Assembly (NCBI RefSeq): GCF_001194135.2 | Contig: NC_068981.1 | Location: forward strand, 93,627,664 to 93,691,663 | Source of the DNA: Octopus bimaculoides | Lineage: Eukaryota | DNA length: 64,000 nucleotides | Direction: 5' to 3' | Program-made: the position numbers and the translations under genes | The notes under the pieces: model-generated | Database searches by the model: none | Told to the model about the DNA's origin: nothing | The model's input: the letters and a program-made list of their open reading frames with translations, nothing else | In this document: piece after piece, positions 39,119 through 51,430 of the stretch | How positions within the stretch are numbered: the first letter of the stretch is position 1 | How the letters are laid out: each line of letters begins with the position of its first letter

Positions 39119-39393
39119 GGCATATGGCGTAGTGGTTAAGAGCGCGGGCTACTAACTCCAAGATTCCGAGTTCGATTCCAGGCAGTGACCTGAATAATAA
39201 TAATAATAATAATAACATCGAAAAATACCGTAGGAATGAGAACCCAGGTTCGAAATTTCCCCAAGACACTTGATGAAGTTCTGGAGGGTATATCAGCCGA
39301 AACGTTGTGTTAACAACAAACAAGATGAGGACAAATATCCGTCAAATGTAAATAATGTACATAATTCCTCATCTCTTAAATATAGAACTGTAT
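39119..39393 (+). mobile_element. tRNA-headed SINE-like element (family D) with internal (AAT)n and a hammerhead-like tail
   Basis: A box tggcgtagtgg (39125), B box gagttcgattcc (39168), (AAT)n, then gacac-ttgatga-a-gttctg...cagcc-gaaacgtt-gtgtt; second copy at 63514-63928. Confidence 0.85.
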
Positions 39394-39451
39394 CAGTTAT
39401 AGTGTCTGCTACATTATATCAATATATGTGTGTGCAAATATATACGTTCAT

Positions 39452-39620
<169 letters not shown>

Positions 39621-39844
39621 CCATATAATGATGTGAGCTAGTGCAGTTACGCTATAGATGACGACATTTCCCGGAGTGATGTGAGGTATTATCTTCTCAA
39701 AACTAAATCTGTTTAAAAGTTAAATGCTATTAATTTACAGAAGGAAGGAACTTTGATTAGAGAAGAGTTGACTGAGTGAGGTTTGCGAATAAAGTCTGCC
39801 GTAGATGTAAGACAATTGCTGTTAGTTATTCTTTTATTAACTTA

Positions 39845-40054
39845 TTATTTTACCTGTTTCAGTCATGGCCATGCCGGAGCACCGCCTTTGGGAGTTTTTT
39901 AGTCGAACAATCGACCCACACTAGGACTTATTTTTTAAGCCTAGTAGTTATACTATTGGGTCTCTTTTACCGAACTGCTAGGCTACGGGGACGTAAACAC
40001 ACCAACACCGGTTGTCAAGCAGCGATGGGAGGACAAACACAGGCACAGACGCAT

Positions 40055-40150
<96 letters not shown>

Positions 40151-40312
40151 GACGGGCTTCTTTCATTTTCCGTCTACAAAATCTATTCACAAGGCGTTGG
40201 TTGGCTGAGCTATAGTAGAAGACATTTTCCCAAGATTCCACGCAGTGGGACTGAACCTAGAACCATGTGGTTGGGAAGCAAGCTTCTTACCACACAGCCA
40301 CCACAGCACCTA
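39845..40312 (-). mobile_element. SINE family C, full length
   Basis: Complete head, CORE segment, microsatellite and tail. Confidence 0.92.
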
Positions 40313-41104
40313 TGGACAGTTTAGAGATTTGCAGATGACAAGAGAAACATAATCTCCTCGTTCTCGTTGAAGTTCCTTACAATGGAATAGACATATTCAG
40401 AGAGAGGCGGCATGTCAAAGAATTTGGCACATACAAAAGCTAACTCTGAAATGCAATCATTTAAGGATAATTTGGCATCGTTGAGAATAATAATATTGTT
40501 GAGCTGAAGTCATAATAATTTTTAAAAATTCACACTTGACAACCGCTGTTGCATTGTCAGACAGATGGAACTACAACAACAAAATTTGGAGGACGCTCTG
40601 CTGTGCCTTTGCGTAATGTGGTGTTGCATGTAAATCGAACAGAAAAATAACTTTATGTTATGTTGTTGTTGTCACTGTTGTGGGGTTTTAACTTCTGTTA
40701 AGCTCTGATAAGATAGGCTTGAGTTTAGATACATTCCGAATGTGACCACCCTTTGTTATCTTAAAATGAAATATTTAATCTTTACTTTATTATGTTTTAG
40801 ACGATAGGATGTGTTTCAAGGAAAATTGATTGCCAATTCTAGCAGGTTGAGCAACTGCATCGAAATTCCCACCTTAGCCCATCTAAATGAGCAGTATTTA
40901 GATTGTATGTCGTGAAGTGGCGAAAAATGGTAAAACTTTGCAGAGTTAGCTGAAATACTTTAGAGCAAGAAACTGAGATGGTGAGAGAACACAACATGCA
41001 CCCTGTATGATAAGCGAACGCATCTTTTAATTTTTCGATTATTAAATTTGAAAATTTCGTTCTAATGGATAAATGTATCTCAGGAGGCGATAACGTGTGA
41101 CTAG

Positions 41105-41398
41105 GTGTATTCGGCTCACGGTGGTAAGAGCATGAGTTCAAGTCCTGACGGCGCATCGTGTCCTTGAGCAAGATACCTTATTTCCCGTTCCACTCAGCTG
41201 ACAAAAATGCGTTGTACATGCAATTCAAAGGACCAGCCTTGCCATATTCTGTGTCGCGATGAATTTCTGAGATCTACGTTAATGTTATGCATGTTAGTGG
41301 AGCGCTCAGCCACTTGCACCTTAATTTCACGAGCAGCCTCTTCTGCTAATCAGATCAACTGGAACACTCTTCGTCGTAATCGACGGAGTGCCAAATGT
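41105..41398 (+). mobile_element. SINE sharing the family A 3' half but with a different CORE-type 5' half
   Basis: gagttcaagtcc B box, gtgtccttgagcaagatacctt CORE-like segment, then caattcaaaggaccagccttg...cgacggagtgcca as in family A. Confidence 0.8.
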
Positions 41399-41499
41399 GT
41401 GACTGTTTATTTCAAGACAGTGTACATCTGTACTGCTTCAGGATTAGTTTGTGTGGTCTGTGTGGTTTGTGATTGTGACCTTCGATTGTGAGAGGACTG

Positions 41500-42000
41500 T
41501 GGATGAATATATCTAAGACATTCCAATATCTAAAAGAGAACCAACATTTCTTAAGATGGAGTCGTGATATAACTAACGCTGCTCCAATCAATTGAGTTGA
41601 ATATCAAGATACTTCGGGATAAGTGGATATTTTGTGAGAGGAGAATATAGATTATATTATTTTGATAAGGAAGCAATCAGATGAACTAATAAGGGGGATA
41701 AAACTGGCTTTGAAAGTGAGTTAAAACCAAGAGGTAGAATTTTAAAACCGTAGACTGAGTAGGCATAAAATACAAAGGTAAAGAAAAGGCAAGGAAAGTA
41801 TGTTCCAATATAATATCAGTATCAAAGAGTTAGCCATCTTGTCTCTTTAGTAAATAGGCTGACTTTGCTGCGTTAAATGAAATCGCACTTCTTTTGAGGA
41901 AGGTACCCAATTGGGAGATTGCAACTGTGTAATGATGCCAGCAGAATAATTAATGCGAGAATAAGAGAGGAGGCGGAAAGGAAGGAAGGAGAGGAAGTGT
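41500..42000 (-). mobile_element. Decayed CR1/L2-like reverse transcriptase C-terminal fragment
   Basis: Minus strand ISFNAAKSAYLL resembles the FN..KT..L motif after the RT catalytic site; many stops. Confidence 0.4.
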
Positions 42001-42519
42001 AGGAGGAAATGAGAGATGAATTAACAAAAACAATATCAAGGCGGAGGAAAAGAGAAATGTTCTAATTATTTTTACTTTTATATTTAATCACTGTCGAGTA
42101 GTAGAATAGGTAGATTAATTCAATGGCTATGTCAGTTAATTCCTCAGCTTTTCTGCTCGTTTCTGCACATTATAATCATTTGGGATTTCTATGTTAGTAA
42201 TTAGTGCACCATTTTCATTGTTCTTCTGGAAGATGACGTCATGGGCTCGTTATCGCATGTTCTGTCAACGCACTAAAGTTTCATAGAGTTTTTTCATTGT
42301 TATTTTCCAAGGCAGGTGAAGATTCAAGCATATAAAAAAGAGATATTTCCTATAATGATCTTAATTTGGTTGGACTAGCGTATGTTGCCTAGCTATGCTA
42401 CATTATTTTGTATCTTAATAAGTATCTAGCAGAGGACATCTGCATAACATTTTAAAAAGAAAATGTAAGATACTAGTAATATTTGTTATCTATATTGTAA
42501 CAAATGAAGATCACCACCA

Positions 42520-43262
42520 TCTACATACGTGGGTGAGCTGAAAACTTTAGGTTGACTATGAAGGAGTGATGCTAGAGCTGTAAAATCTTGCATGCATTAA
42601 TTTCAACCCTTCTTATAACTGCATGGTTTCTTTCCAGGTAAACTGACATCTCAGTGTTCATAGAAAACTTCAAAAGTAACTAGTAGTTATTTAATCATGA
42701 AAATAGGAGAAAATTTGGTATCGCGGTAATACCAAATACCTGCAGAAAAATAGTTTAATCCCCAAAGACATTCATGCTGACATCGCTGCTACATTAGGGG
42801 ATAACACTTCAGCTTTATCAAAAGTGCAAAAGTGTGAAGCTGAATTTAGGAAGAGAACAGAGTTTTGAAGATGACTCAAAAGTCTGGACGTCCTGCAACT
42901 GCCACCACTGAGGAACACACTGATCGTGTTCACCACATGGTGATGGATGACAGGCGACTGAAATCAAATAGCCAATGATATTAGCACATCTCGTTAGAGA
43001 GTTGAGAATATTCTGAACAATGAACTTGGCATGACGAACGTTTAAGCTCGATGGGTGCCATGTCTTCTGACATCTGATCAAAAGCGCTCATCATATCACT
43101 AGAAAATCTGACATTGTTTGAAGCAGATTCAGTTGGTTTCTTTGAATGTTTGCAAAGCTAGAATGGGTATTGGGGGGGGTCTTCATTTTGAGTCAGAGAC
43201 AAAGAGACAATCCATGCATTGGAATTATCTCTTCTCATCTACTCCAAGGAAAATAAAATTCA
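42520..43262 (+). mobile_element. Mariner transposon 5' half, decayed
   Basis: Pieces KDIHADIAATLGD, SGRPATATTEEHTDRVHHMVMDDRRL, ILNNELGM, ARWVPCLLTSDQKR (WVPxxL motif) and HFESETKRQSMHW; truncated before the rest of the catalytic triad. Confidence 0.9.
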
Positions 43263-43634
43263 AATATGTTCATTATATATCTCATCGATGTTTTCAGTAT
43301 TGCTGCTGCCTTGGGTTTATATCTTAGTTATTTGAAATCTGATTCAGTTCCTTGGAAAATGATACTACTTTGCTGAAATCTGCCATTTTCAAATGGGCCA
43401 ATACATCTAACTATAAATAAGTGCATGCGTACATTGATAGAGAGGAAAGCACATGCGTGTAGCTTGAAGCGAGTAGAATAAGTACTGCTTAAGTAACACA
43501 TATACTTTACTCTATCGAGTGTTTATGAAGGGATTCTTTAACATGTTCACAGTAAACCGATGAATAATAAATCATCACTTGGACAGGATACTGGTATTTA
43601 TAATACAAGAATATGATGAAAGTGATTCTCAAAT

Positions 43635-44298
43635 GACCAAAATATCAGAATGCCGAAAGCTTGAAAACCAAAACTCAGAATCGTGAATGCCAGAATGTCG
43701 AAAGAGCAAGAAGTCAGAATTTAAAATATTTGGGGAATAATATAAAAACTGTCTTAATAGCATACAATATCAGAGACATAAATGGAAATTAAATGGAAAT
43801 TTAGAAATCTATTTATCAAATATTTCAGTTCTATAAATTCTCGCGATGAATAATTCGCTTTTTTCTTTTCTTTTTTTTTTTTTTCGTCTTTCAATACAGA
43901 CATAAACATACCAAATGATCGAAAATCCTACTCTCGATATATTTGGCTTCTGGATCATTCGGTGTGTTTATATATGTATTGAAAGAAAAAGGAGAAAAAT
44001 GTTCAATAATGAGAGAATCTTAAAAATGAAAATATTTGGTAAGTAAACAGTTCAATCTTTTGCTTATATCTTCGATATTGTATCACTGAAATGCACTTTT
44101 ATATTTTATAGGTAAACATGCTCAGCGTACTTCGCTTGTCTTTGCTATTTTGGTATAGCATAAATTATGAGTTTAAACGTTAGGTTTCTCAAATATTTTA
44201 AAGATAGCCTTTGTTATTTATTTTTCTTTTCGAAGTTTTGATCTTCCATGATTATAGCATTTCAGTCTTCCAAGTTTTCGTCATTCTAATTTTCGGTC
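43635..44298. mobile_element. Unclassified MITE-like element with repetitive inverted termini
   Basis: gaccaaaatatcagaatgccgaaagcttgaaaacc mirrors gtcttccaagttttcgtcattctaattttcggtc. Confidence 0.55.
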
Positions 44299-45064
44299 TT
44301 TAAACCAAAACTCTTTGCATTTGTGTCTGCTGGGTGAATTAAGATGTGCAAGGTTTTGTGTACGGTCAAACATTCTAACCAGAATACTTGCCGTAAATAT
44401 AAACTCATAATCACTGAGGCAAATGGCTCGACAAATCACCAAGTATATTTCACCTTTTAAGTAAAGCTAAGACAGATGGTATCTGTCATCCAGGACTAAT
44501 TCGAGTGAAATTTATTTCAAAGTTTACATTTTTAAATAATGTGCTTCAAACCGAAGAAGCTGTATTTGTTTTCTATTTTGTGGTTCTTGCTAAGATGAAG
44601 GAAATTTTGCCGTATTTTGAAGAGATACTTACTTCCTCCATCTACTTTCTCGCTCGTAATTGTTTACGTACATATAGAATAACAAATAGCGGTAATTAAG
44701 TATCTAAATTGCTCAGATTTTAATCAGCTGTTTAATTTTACAAGTGTAGTGTTGAAGTAAAAATTAATTACCGTCAGTGAGTCGCCAGTATCATTAGAAT
44801 AATATGATAAGACTAGATTTTTCAGAATACCTTCTACAACCACATACACGTATATTATCTCATAGAAACATACGTGTAATGTGAGAGAATATTACATGCA
44901 CACATATGCATACACGTGCACACACACACACATACACACATGCACACACACACGCACATGCACACATACACATGCACACACGCAAGTGCACGTATATATC
45001 AAAGAATGTGCATGTATGTACAAGCGTATATGTTTACATGTGCGTACACGTGGGCGTGTGCATA

Positions 45065-45100
<36 letters not shown>

Positions 45101-45796
45101 TTTGCGTGTGTGTAAACTATAGACTATAGTAGAGCGACACGGCGTTGTCCAGATGCCGAATAAGTGAGTGTACATTAAGTTTCTAGACAGTTCTTGTATT
45201 ATCGACTGAATATATTTTTTTTTTTTTTTTTGCTATTCAGATACGTGTCTAACGCTAACTTTTGCTAGTTTTCTTCGATATGGAAAACTTTTGAGACTGT
45301 TTATTAATTATTTTAATTTATGACATAAAAAATTTATGTTTAATTTTATATAACATATAAAACAGAAGCCAGAGTGATAGAAATGTGTTTTGTTCAGCAA
45401 AAGCTCTTGGAAATATAACATTGATCGTCCAGCAGTTTGGTGGTCTGATGAAATATGTCTAGTTGCCACTACACATGTATGCTACAACGAACTAATCATG
45501 AAACAACATGGACTAATTGGTTCAGCTCCTGCATCACCGATGCACCCTTTCAGAGATGTGTTGATGATCATAGAAAAAAAATTTAAATAAACCATGTCAC
45601 TGGAAACTAAAGGCGCTTGAACGAAAATAGTATATGTGACGGAAAGGGAGAAATGCGTGAAATGGAAATGTCATTTTTTTTTTTTTTATACAACCAGTTA
45701 TAATGGTGACTTCGATCACATGAGGTAAAAGAGTTTAGACAGTGTATCTTCATTACTGATTTTGGTGCATGTGAATTTCATAACAATATATTAGAT

Positions 45797-45982
45797 CAGT
45801 GGTGCCCAACCTAGGGCCTGTAAAGGTAATACTGGGGGCCCGTGAACTAAGTACAAAATTTCATATATATATACGAAAGGATATAAGGACAAACATTAAA
45901 AAGGGTCCGTGGGAAAACTCATTTAAATAAAAAGATCGGGACCCACTGTTGGGAACCACTGTGAAAAGATTGGGAACCACTG
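45797..45982. mobile_element. hAT (Charlie-like) MITE with 8-bp TSD
   Basis: TIRs cagtggtgcccaac / ttgggaaccactg; TSD tattagat at 45789-45796 and 45983-45990. Confidence 0.92.
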
Positions 45983-46229
45983 TATTAGATGTTCCAAATT
46001 TTAGGATTTTCGAGGAAAGACTAGCACTCTTTAAAGGCACACCTGGCATTATAAAACACGTTAGAGAATATCAATGATGTGCTACACATATCCCTAACTT
46101 CATTTTTCATAACTAACGAAAGACTAAGCAAATTTAAACAACATATCAATATATATTCTTTAGTTCAGTCTGTCAGTCAATATAACATTACATTTATTCA
46201 TACACACAAACTTACGCTCGTATATATAT

Positions 46230-46410
46230 TCTCCTTTTATTTTTTTCATTCTCTCTCCACTTTTTTTCTTCTTATTCCTTTCTGTCGAAGAGCGCAGGCT
46301 CGAAACGTAAAAGATTTTTCCATTTTTCCCGAGTGTTAAACTAATACACCTGCTTCTTGTTCCTATACCTATCTTCGTCTTTTGTTTTTCAACAAATTTG
46401 AACTATATAC
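46230..46410 (+). mobile_element. PLE terminal-repeat fragment with hammerhead-like motif
   Basis: cctttctgtcgaagagcgcaggctcgaaacgtaaaagatttttc...ttaaactaatacacctgc, homologous to 9180-9300. Confidence 0.85.
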
Positions 46411-48354
46411 ATTTATATATTTATATGTGTGTGTGTATTATTTGTATTTGTATGTACTTTCCAGTTCAAAAATGGAAGGATAATATACTCAAAATATTGA
46501 GTAGACATTTTTGTGCGCATGAATGCGTGTTTGTGTGTTTAGCTGTTTGTGTTTATGTGTATAAAGATGTTCTCATTGCGCTTTAAGATACATTTAAAAT
46601 TACATTTCCAAGTATAGATTGAATCCAGACTTGTTGCACTTAACTGTAAATAAATAACGCACAGTTAAGATACGAATTCAAGACCATTCCATCTTAATAA
46701 CAACGCCTCTTGTTTAACGCAATCCGACTCAATCCAGATATATTTCATTTGTTTTTTTCCGATTCCAGACGGTTTTGATTGTTTCATGTACCTCCAGTTA
46801 TCAAAAATAAAATTGTGTCTTGGTATACAATACGTCATATTTTAATATATTTCTCTTGCGCTACTTCTAGTTTAGCTAGTTTACATAGCATTCTTTTATT
46901 TATACCACACACACACACACACACACACATGCATATATACACCCTCATATAGACGGACAGACAGATACATACATACATACATACATACATACGCATGTAT
47001 ACGTGCCTACGGGAGTAGGTGAGCAGCTACACTTTGTTTTCTATCTGTTACATTGTGTTTTCGACATATCTGTCACCGTATAAAATTCATGTCTGCTTAT
47101 AAAATTTAATAGAAAGATAAAGATAGTAAACTAAAGAACTAGAAAAAAAAACAGGGAAAGGAAATTGCAATTACAATAAGTAAATAAATAAAGTTTATAT
47201 ATATNNNNNNNNNNNNNNNNNNNNNNNNNNNNNNNNNNNNNNNNNNNNNNNNNNNNNNNNNNNNNNNNNNNNNNNNNNNNNNNNNNNNNNNNNNNNNNNN
47301 NNNNNNNNNNNNNNNNNNNNNNNNNNNNNNNNNNNNNNNNNNNNATATATATGCATGTATGTATGCATATATGAGATTGTCGGAGAGAATATACAGTGGA
47401 AGAAAAATAGAGAAAGAATGATATGACAATGCATCAGAATTTCAGTCTTCTAGCATTTTGAAGATTTTTTTTATATAAAAAATGGTCGCTGCTATTTTTA
47501 GTTACCTGACTGAGAAAGAAAATATATTACAAGATATTAGTTTTTTATTTTCATTTTTTTCTTTCATTTTCTATTACCTATTACTGCATAGTATTTTGTA
47601 TGCTATAAGTTTTCCATCTTTAAAAGCGCATTCTATATTTATAAAAAAAAAATAAAAGTTTGTCTGTTCTTGACTTTGCTGTTTGAAGTTTTATATCAGA
47701 AATATGCTCAAACTAAAATATCTTGTTTTCAATGCAACGATTTATGCTGAAAGGAAGGCAAAAAAACGAATATAATTTTGTATTTAATCGCCATAGGTGT
47801 AGAGAAATATATTTGTTCTGGCTTTTTTTTTTTTCGCCGTGTACCAAGCTAGAAATCGAAATGTCTATAGACGGTATTTCACTACTCGGCTTATATTTTG
47901 TAACATATTTAACTAAACCTTGTCTAATACTATTTGGTGGCGATATACTTTATACAGTGGAACGCCATCAAATAAAATTACGATTCCGTTTTGTAGGTAG
48001 CGGTGAAGATATTGACTAATGTTTCATTAGAATTCAATATTTTGTACACTCTTCAATCACGAGTGTATCATTCAATTTTTCCTCCTTTTTTCCTTTCCCT
48101 GAAGTAAATTCGACTAGTCATCATTTGATGGATGTCTTCTGATCTATTGAATTCGTCCAGGGTAAACATTGTCCTATAGCCTACTATTGTGTGAATTTCA
48201 GTTATAGAATAAAGCTTAAAAAATATACACCAATTGAAAGAATCGACTACACTTTCATAAACGAGAAAACAATGTAAACGATAGCCTAATTGAATAACAT
48301 CGAGCATCATGTATAACATGTGTGTGTATATGTATGTATGTATGTATGTATATA

Positions 48355-48470
48355 CAATTTTTTTTCTTCTTCTTTGGACTTTTCCCTTTCTCCTTTCCGA
48401 CGAAGAGCTATACTCGAAACGTTAAAAATACTCTTTTAACCGAGCGTCAAACTAATATAGTTCTTGTACA
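48355..48470 (+). mobile_element. PLE terminal-repeat fragment with hammerhead-like motif
   Basis: cctttccgacgaagagctatactcgaaacgttaaaaatactc...ccgagcgtcaaactaata. Confidence 0.8.
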
Positions 48471-48642
48471 CGTCCAAAATTTCATCCCAGGATTATTGTT
48501 ATTATTACTATATTTATCCTACGTTATATCTGTATGGCTCGATGCAACCCCATAAAACTAGTTCAGCAGTCAGCATCATTAGATTGTGGCTGGCATAATG
48601 GAATAGGTGCTTTATTTGTATACTGAAAATGCTTTCTGTAAA

Positions 48643-48811
48643 CAAATTTAAAAGAATTGCAGCGTGGAAGGTGTTTATAAGCCATTTAAAATAACACACA
48701 AAAATGGCTTATAAACACCTTCCACGCTGCAATTGTTTTCGTTTCAGCACACGATCTCAGATCAGGTCACTTGTTATGCAAGTACATCTCCGCAAATTTA
48801 AAAGAATTGCA
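48643..48811. repeat. About 150-bp unit containing a perfect 33-bp hairpin, restarting into a gap
   Basis: Stem 48655-48687 / 48702-48734; caaatttaaaagaattgca starts at 48643 and again at 48793, just before the Ns. Confidence 0.8.
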
Positions 48812-49689
48812 NNNNNNNNNNNNNNNNNNNNNNNNNNNNNNNNNNNNNNNNNNNNNNNNNNNNNNNNNNNNNNNNNNNNNNNNNNNNNNNNNNNNNNNNN
48901 NNNNNNNNNNNNNNNNNNNNNNNNNNNNNNNNNNNNNNNNNNNNNNNNNNNNNNNNNNNNNNNNNNNNNNNNNNNNNNNNNNNNNNNNNNNNNNNNNNNN
49001 NNNNNNNNNNNNNNNNNNNNNNNNNNNNNNNNNNNNNNNNNNNNNNNNNNNNNNNNNNNNNNNNNNNNNNNNNNNNNNNNNNNNNNNNNNNNNNNNNNNN
49101 NNNNNNNNNNNNNNNNNNNNNNNNNNNNNNNNNNNNNNNNNNNNNNNNNNNNNNNNNNNNNNNNNNNNNNNNNNNNNNNNNNNNNNNNNNNNNNNNNNNN
49201 NNNNNNNNNNNNNNNNNNNNNNNNNNNNNNNNNNNNNNNNNNNNNNNNNNNNNNNNNNNNNNNNNNNNNNNNNNNNNNNNNNNNNNNNNNNNNNNNNNNN
49301 NNNNNNNNNNNNNNNNNNNNNNNNNNNNNNNNNNNNNNNNNNNNNNNNNNNNNNNNNNNNNNNNNNNNNNNNNNNNNNNNNNNNNNNNNNNNNNNNNNNN
49401 NNNNNNNNNNNNNNNNNNNNNNNNNNNNNNNNNNNNNNNNNNNNNNNNNNNNNNATATATATCATATCATATCATATATCATATATTTTCAAGTGTATAA
49501 ACAACTAAATCGCAATCATTCACATAAAATAGGTCACGAATAACGAGACGCTAGTTGAAGAGACAACCAGAATTTCGGTAGCTCATATATATCCCAGACG
49601 AGCAATGCACTGCGAAAGTATGAGTGAAAGTAGTAGCAAAGTACAAGGAAAAGAGAGTTGGAGCGAGGATGTCAAGTTCTTAGGAATCA

Positions 49690-50275
49690 TATTTCTGCAT
49701 CTTGTAAGATAGTTGTAATGTTCCAGCTTGCACCAGGAAACCCATATGTGAAACCACCTATCTTCGTCGATAGGACAGTACTGAAAGTGCTCGACAAATT
49801 TGTCTACCTGAGCAATATATATTCAATCGTTCGTGCTCTTTGGATGATGAAATATCTTTCAGGCTTCCAAAGGCAACGGATTCTTTCAGAGCTCTTGAGT
49901 CGCATGTCTGGTACCCATATGGCATCACAAGACGAACAGAAGTTACTGTGCACCGCACGTGTGTGCTGACGTCACTCCTTTACTCAAGTGACATGTGATA
50001 CATGAACCCTTTACAGGAATCATGTAAGTTCCTTTGAATGCATCCATCAGAGATGTTTGATGCACATTCTGAACGTTCGCTCTGTCCTTGCGGACCCTGG
50101 ACGTGTCTTGAGGGGAACCAATAGCTTGAGCATTGAGGCGATTATGCACAAGCATCGATTAAGCTGAAATAGACACCTTGTTCGAATGAATGAATGGAGA
50201 ATCCCCAAAAAGATGCAATATGATGAACTTGTTTGTGGAAAGTGCCACCAATGGAGGAAACAAGTGAAGGAAGAA
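49690..50275 (+). mobile_element. RTE-clade (BovB-like) LINE, RT C-terminal and thumb region, decayed
   Basis: VMFQLAPGNPYVKPPIFVDRTVLKVLDKFVYL, SLDDEISFRLPKATDSFRALESHVW, VLTSLLY, HLVRMNEWRIPKKMQYDEL. Confidence 0.9.
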
Positions 50276-51099
50276 GTAGGTATTTTTTACGAAACACACA
50301 TTTTGCATGCTGAGCTTAAACAAACAGCACAAAAACGCACCGCCAGTGTTGTAAATACTGGGAGTTTGATTTGTGTACGTGTATGTTTATCAAGACCTGG
50401 GATCATTATTCACCATCAGAGCCGCAAGAGTAAAATATAATTATGTCTGAGTGCACAGTCTTCTTGATGGTAAGTAATAGTCTTGCTCGGTATAGACATG
50501 TGTGTATGTGTGTATGTGTGTTTGTGTGTGTGTCTGTATGTATACGTATATATATATATATATATATATATAATAGTCTTGTCGATATAGACATATGTGT
50601 ATGTGTGTTTGTGTGTGTGTCTGTATGTATATATATATACATGTGTATATATATGCATACATATATATACATACATGCATATATGCATACACACACACAC
50701 ACACACACATATATGTGTATCCAAGGATCGAATCTTCCACGTGTTAACTTGTACCTCCTTACAACAATGTAAACTTCATTTAATCAAGATACCTTTGGCC
50801 AGAAGAGTAGCCTGCGGTATACACCTCGCTTGGACATTTGCCATTTCCGAGGGGTATCGCTCGCTATGAAGCATATGTAGCCCGACTCTTACCTGCTCCA
50901 TTTCTTAACTCTTATATATATGTGGGGGGGGGGGTTGCATTTATATGCGTGTATGTATGTGGTGTATGCGTATGTGTTTGTACGTGTATGTATGGACTTG
51001 TTTTAAAATACTTTATTTTAAAAAACACGCTTTTTTTTCAAATATGTGTTCAAAAAGTCAAAACACACACAATTTTAAATGAAGAAACGTATACCACTA

Positions 51100-51430
51100 A
51101 AGCTACAAAAAGTAAATTCACAGATTTTAGTTATGTTATATCTCTTACTACTCGCGTTTTAATATGTAGAAGCGTAATCTGAAGTATCGAAAGTATGTTA
51201 ATGAGTGCGTGTTTTGATACGTTAATTAGGATGGCAGATGATTAGCATTTTCCAGATTGCAATGTCTCATCTGTACAAAAACAAACATAAAACATAGGTT
51301 AGTTATAGAATTACTTTTCAAGCGATAAGAAATAAATTGTCTTCGGACTTCTCTAATACTGATAGCAGTATTTTTCGACTCAAATATATGGTAAATAACA
51401 CAACTGTAAGCAGCCTGTTTAATTCCCAAA
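51100..51430 (-). mobile_element. Possible decayed PLE endonuclease C-terminus (second type)
   Basis: RHCNLENAN...LINVSKHALIN loosely resembles C.LC..EK...LN.R.E.I. Confidence 0.3.

Noticed and set aside
39119-39192. tRNA gene (copy 2 has a CTGCTAA, Ser-GCT-like loop)
   Set aside because: The acceptor stem does not close and there is no long variable arm; it is a SINE head. The same applies to the other A/B-box hits.
50450-50650. Two-unit tandem duplication (tagtcttg...tatagacat...)
   Set aside because: Ordinary microsatellite-associated local duplication.
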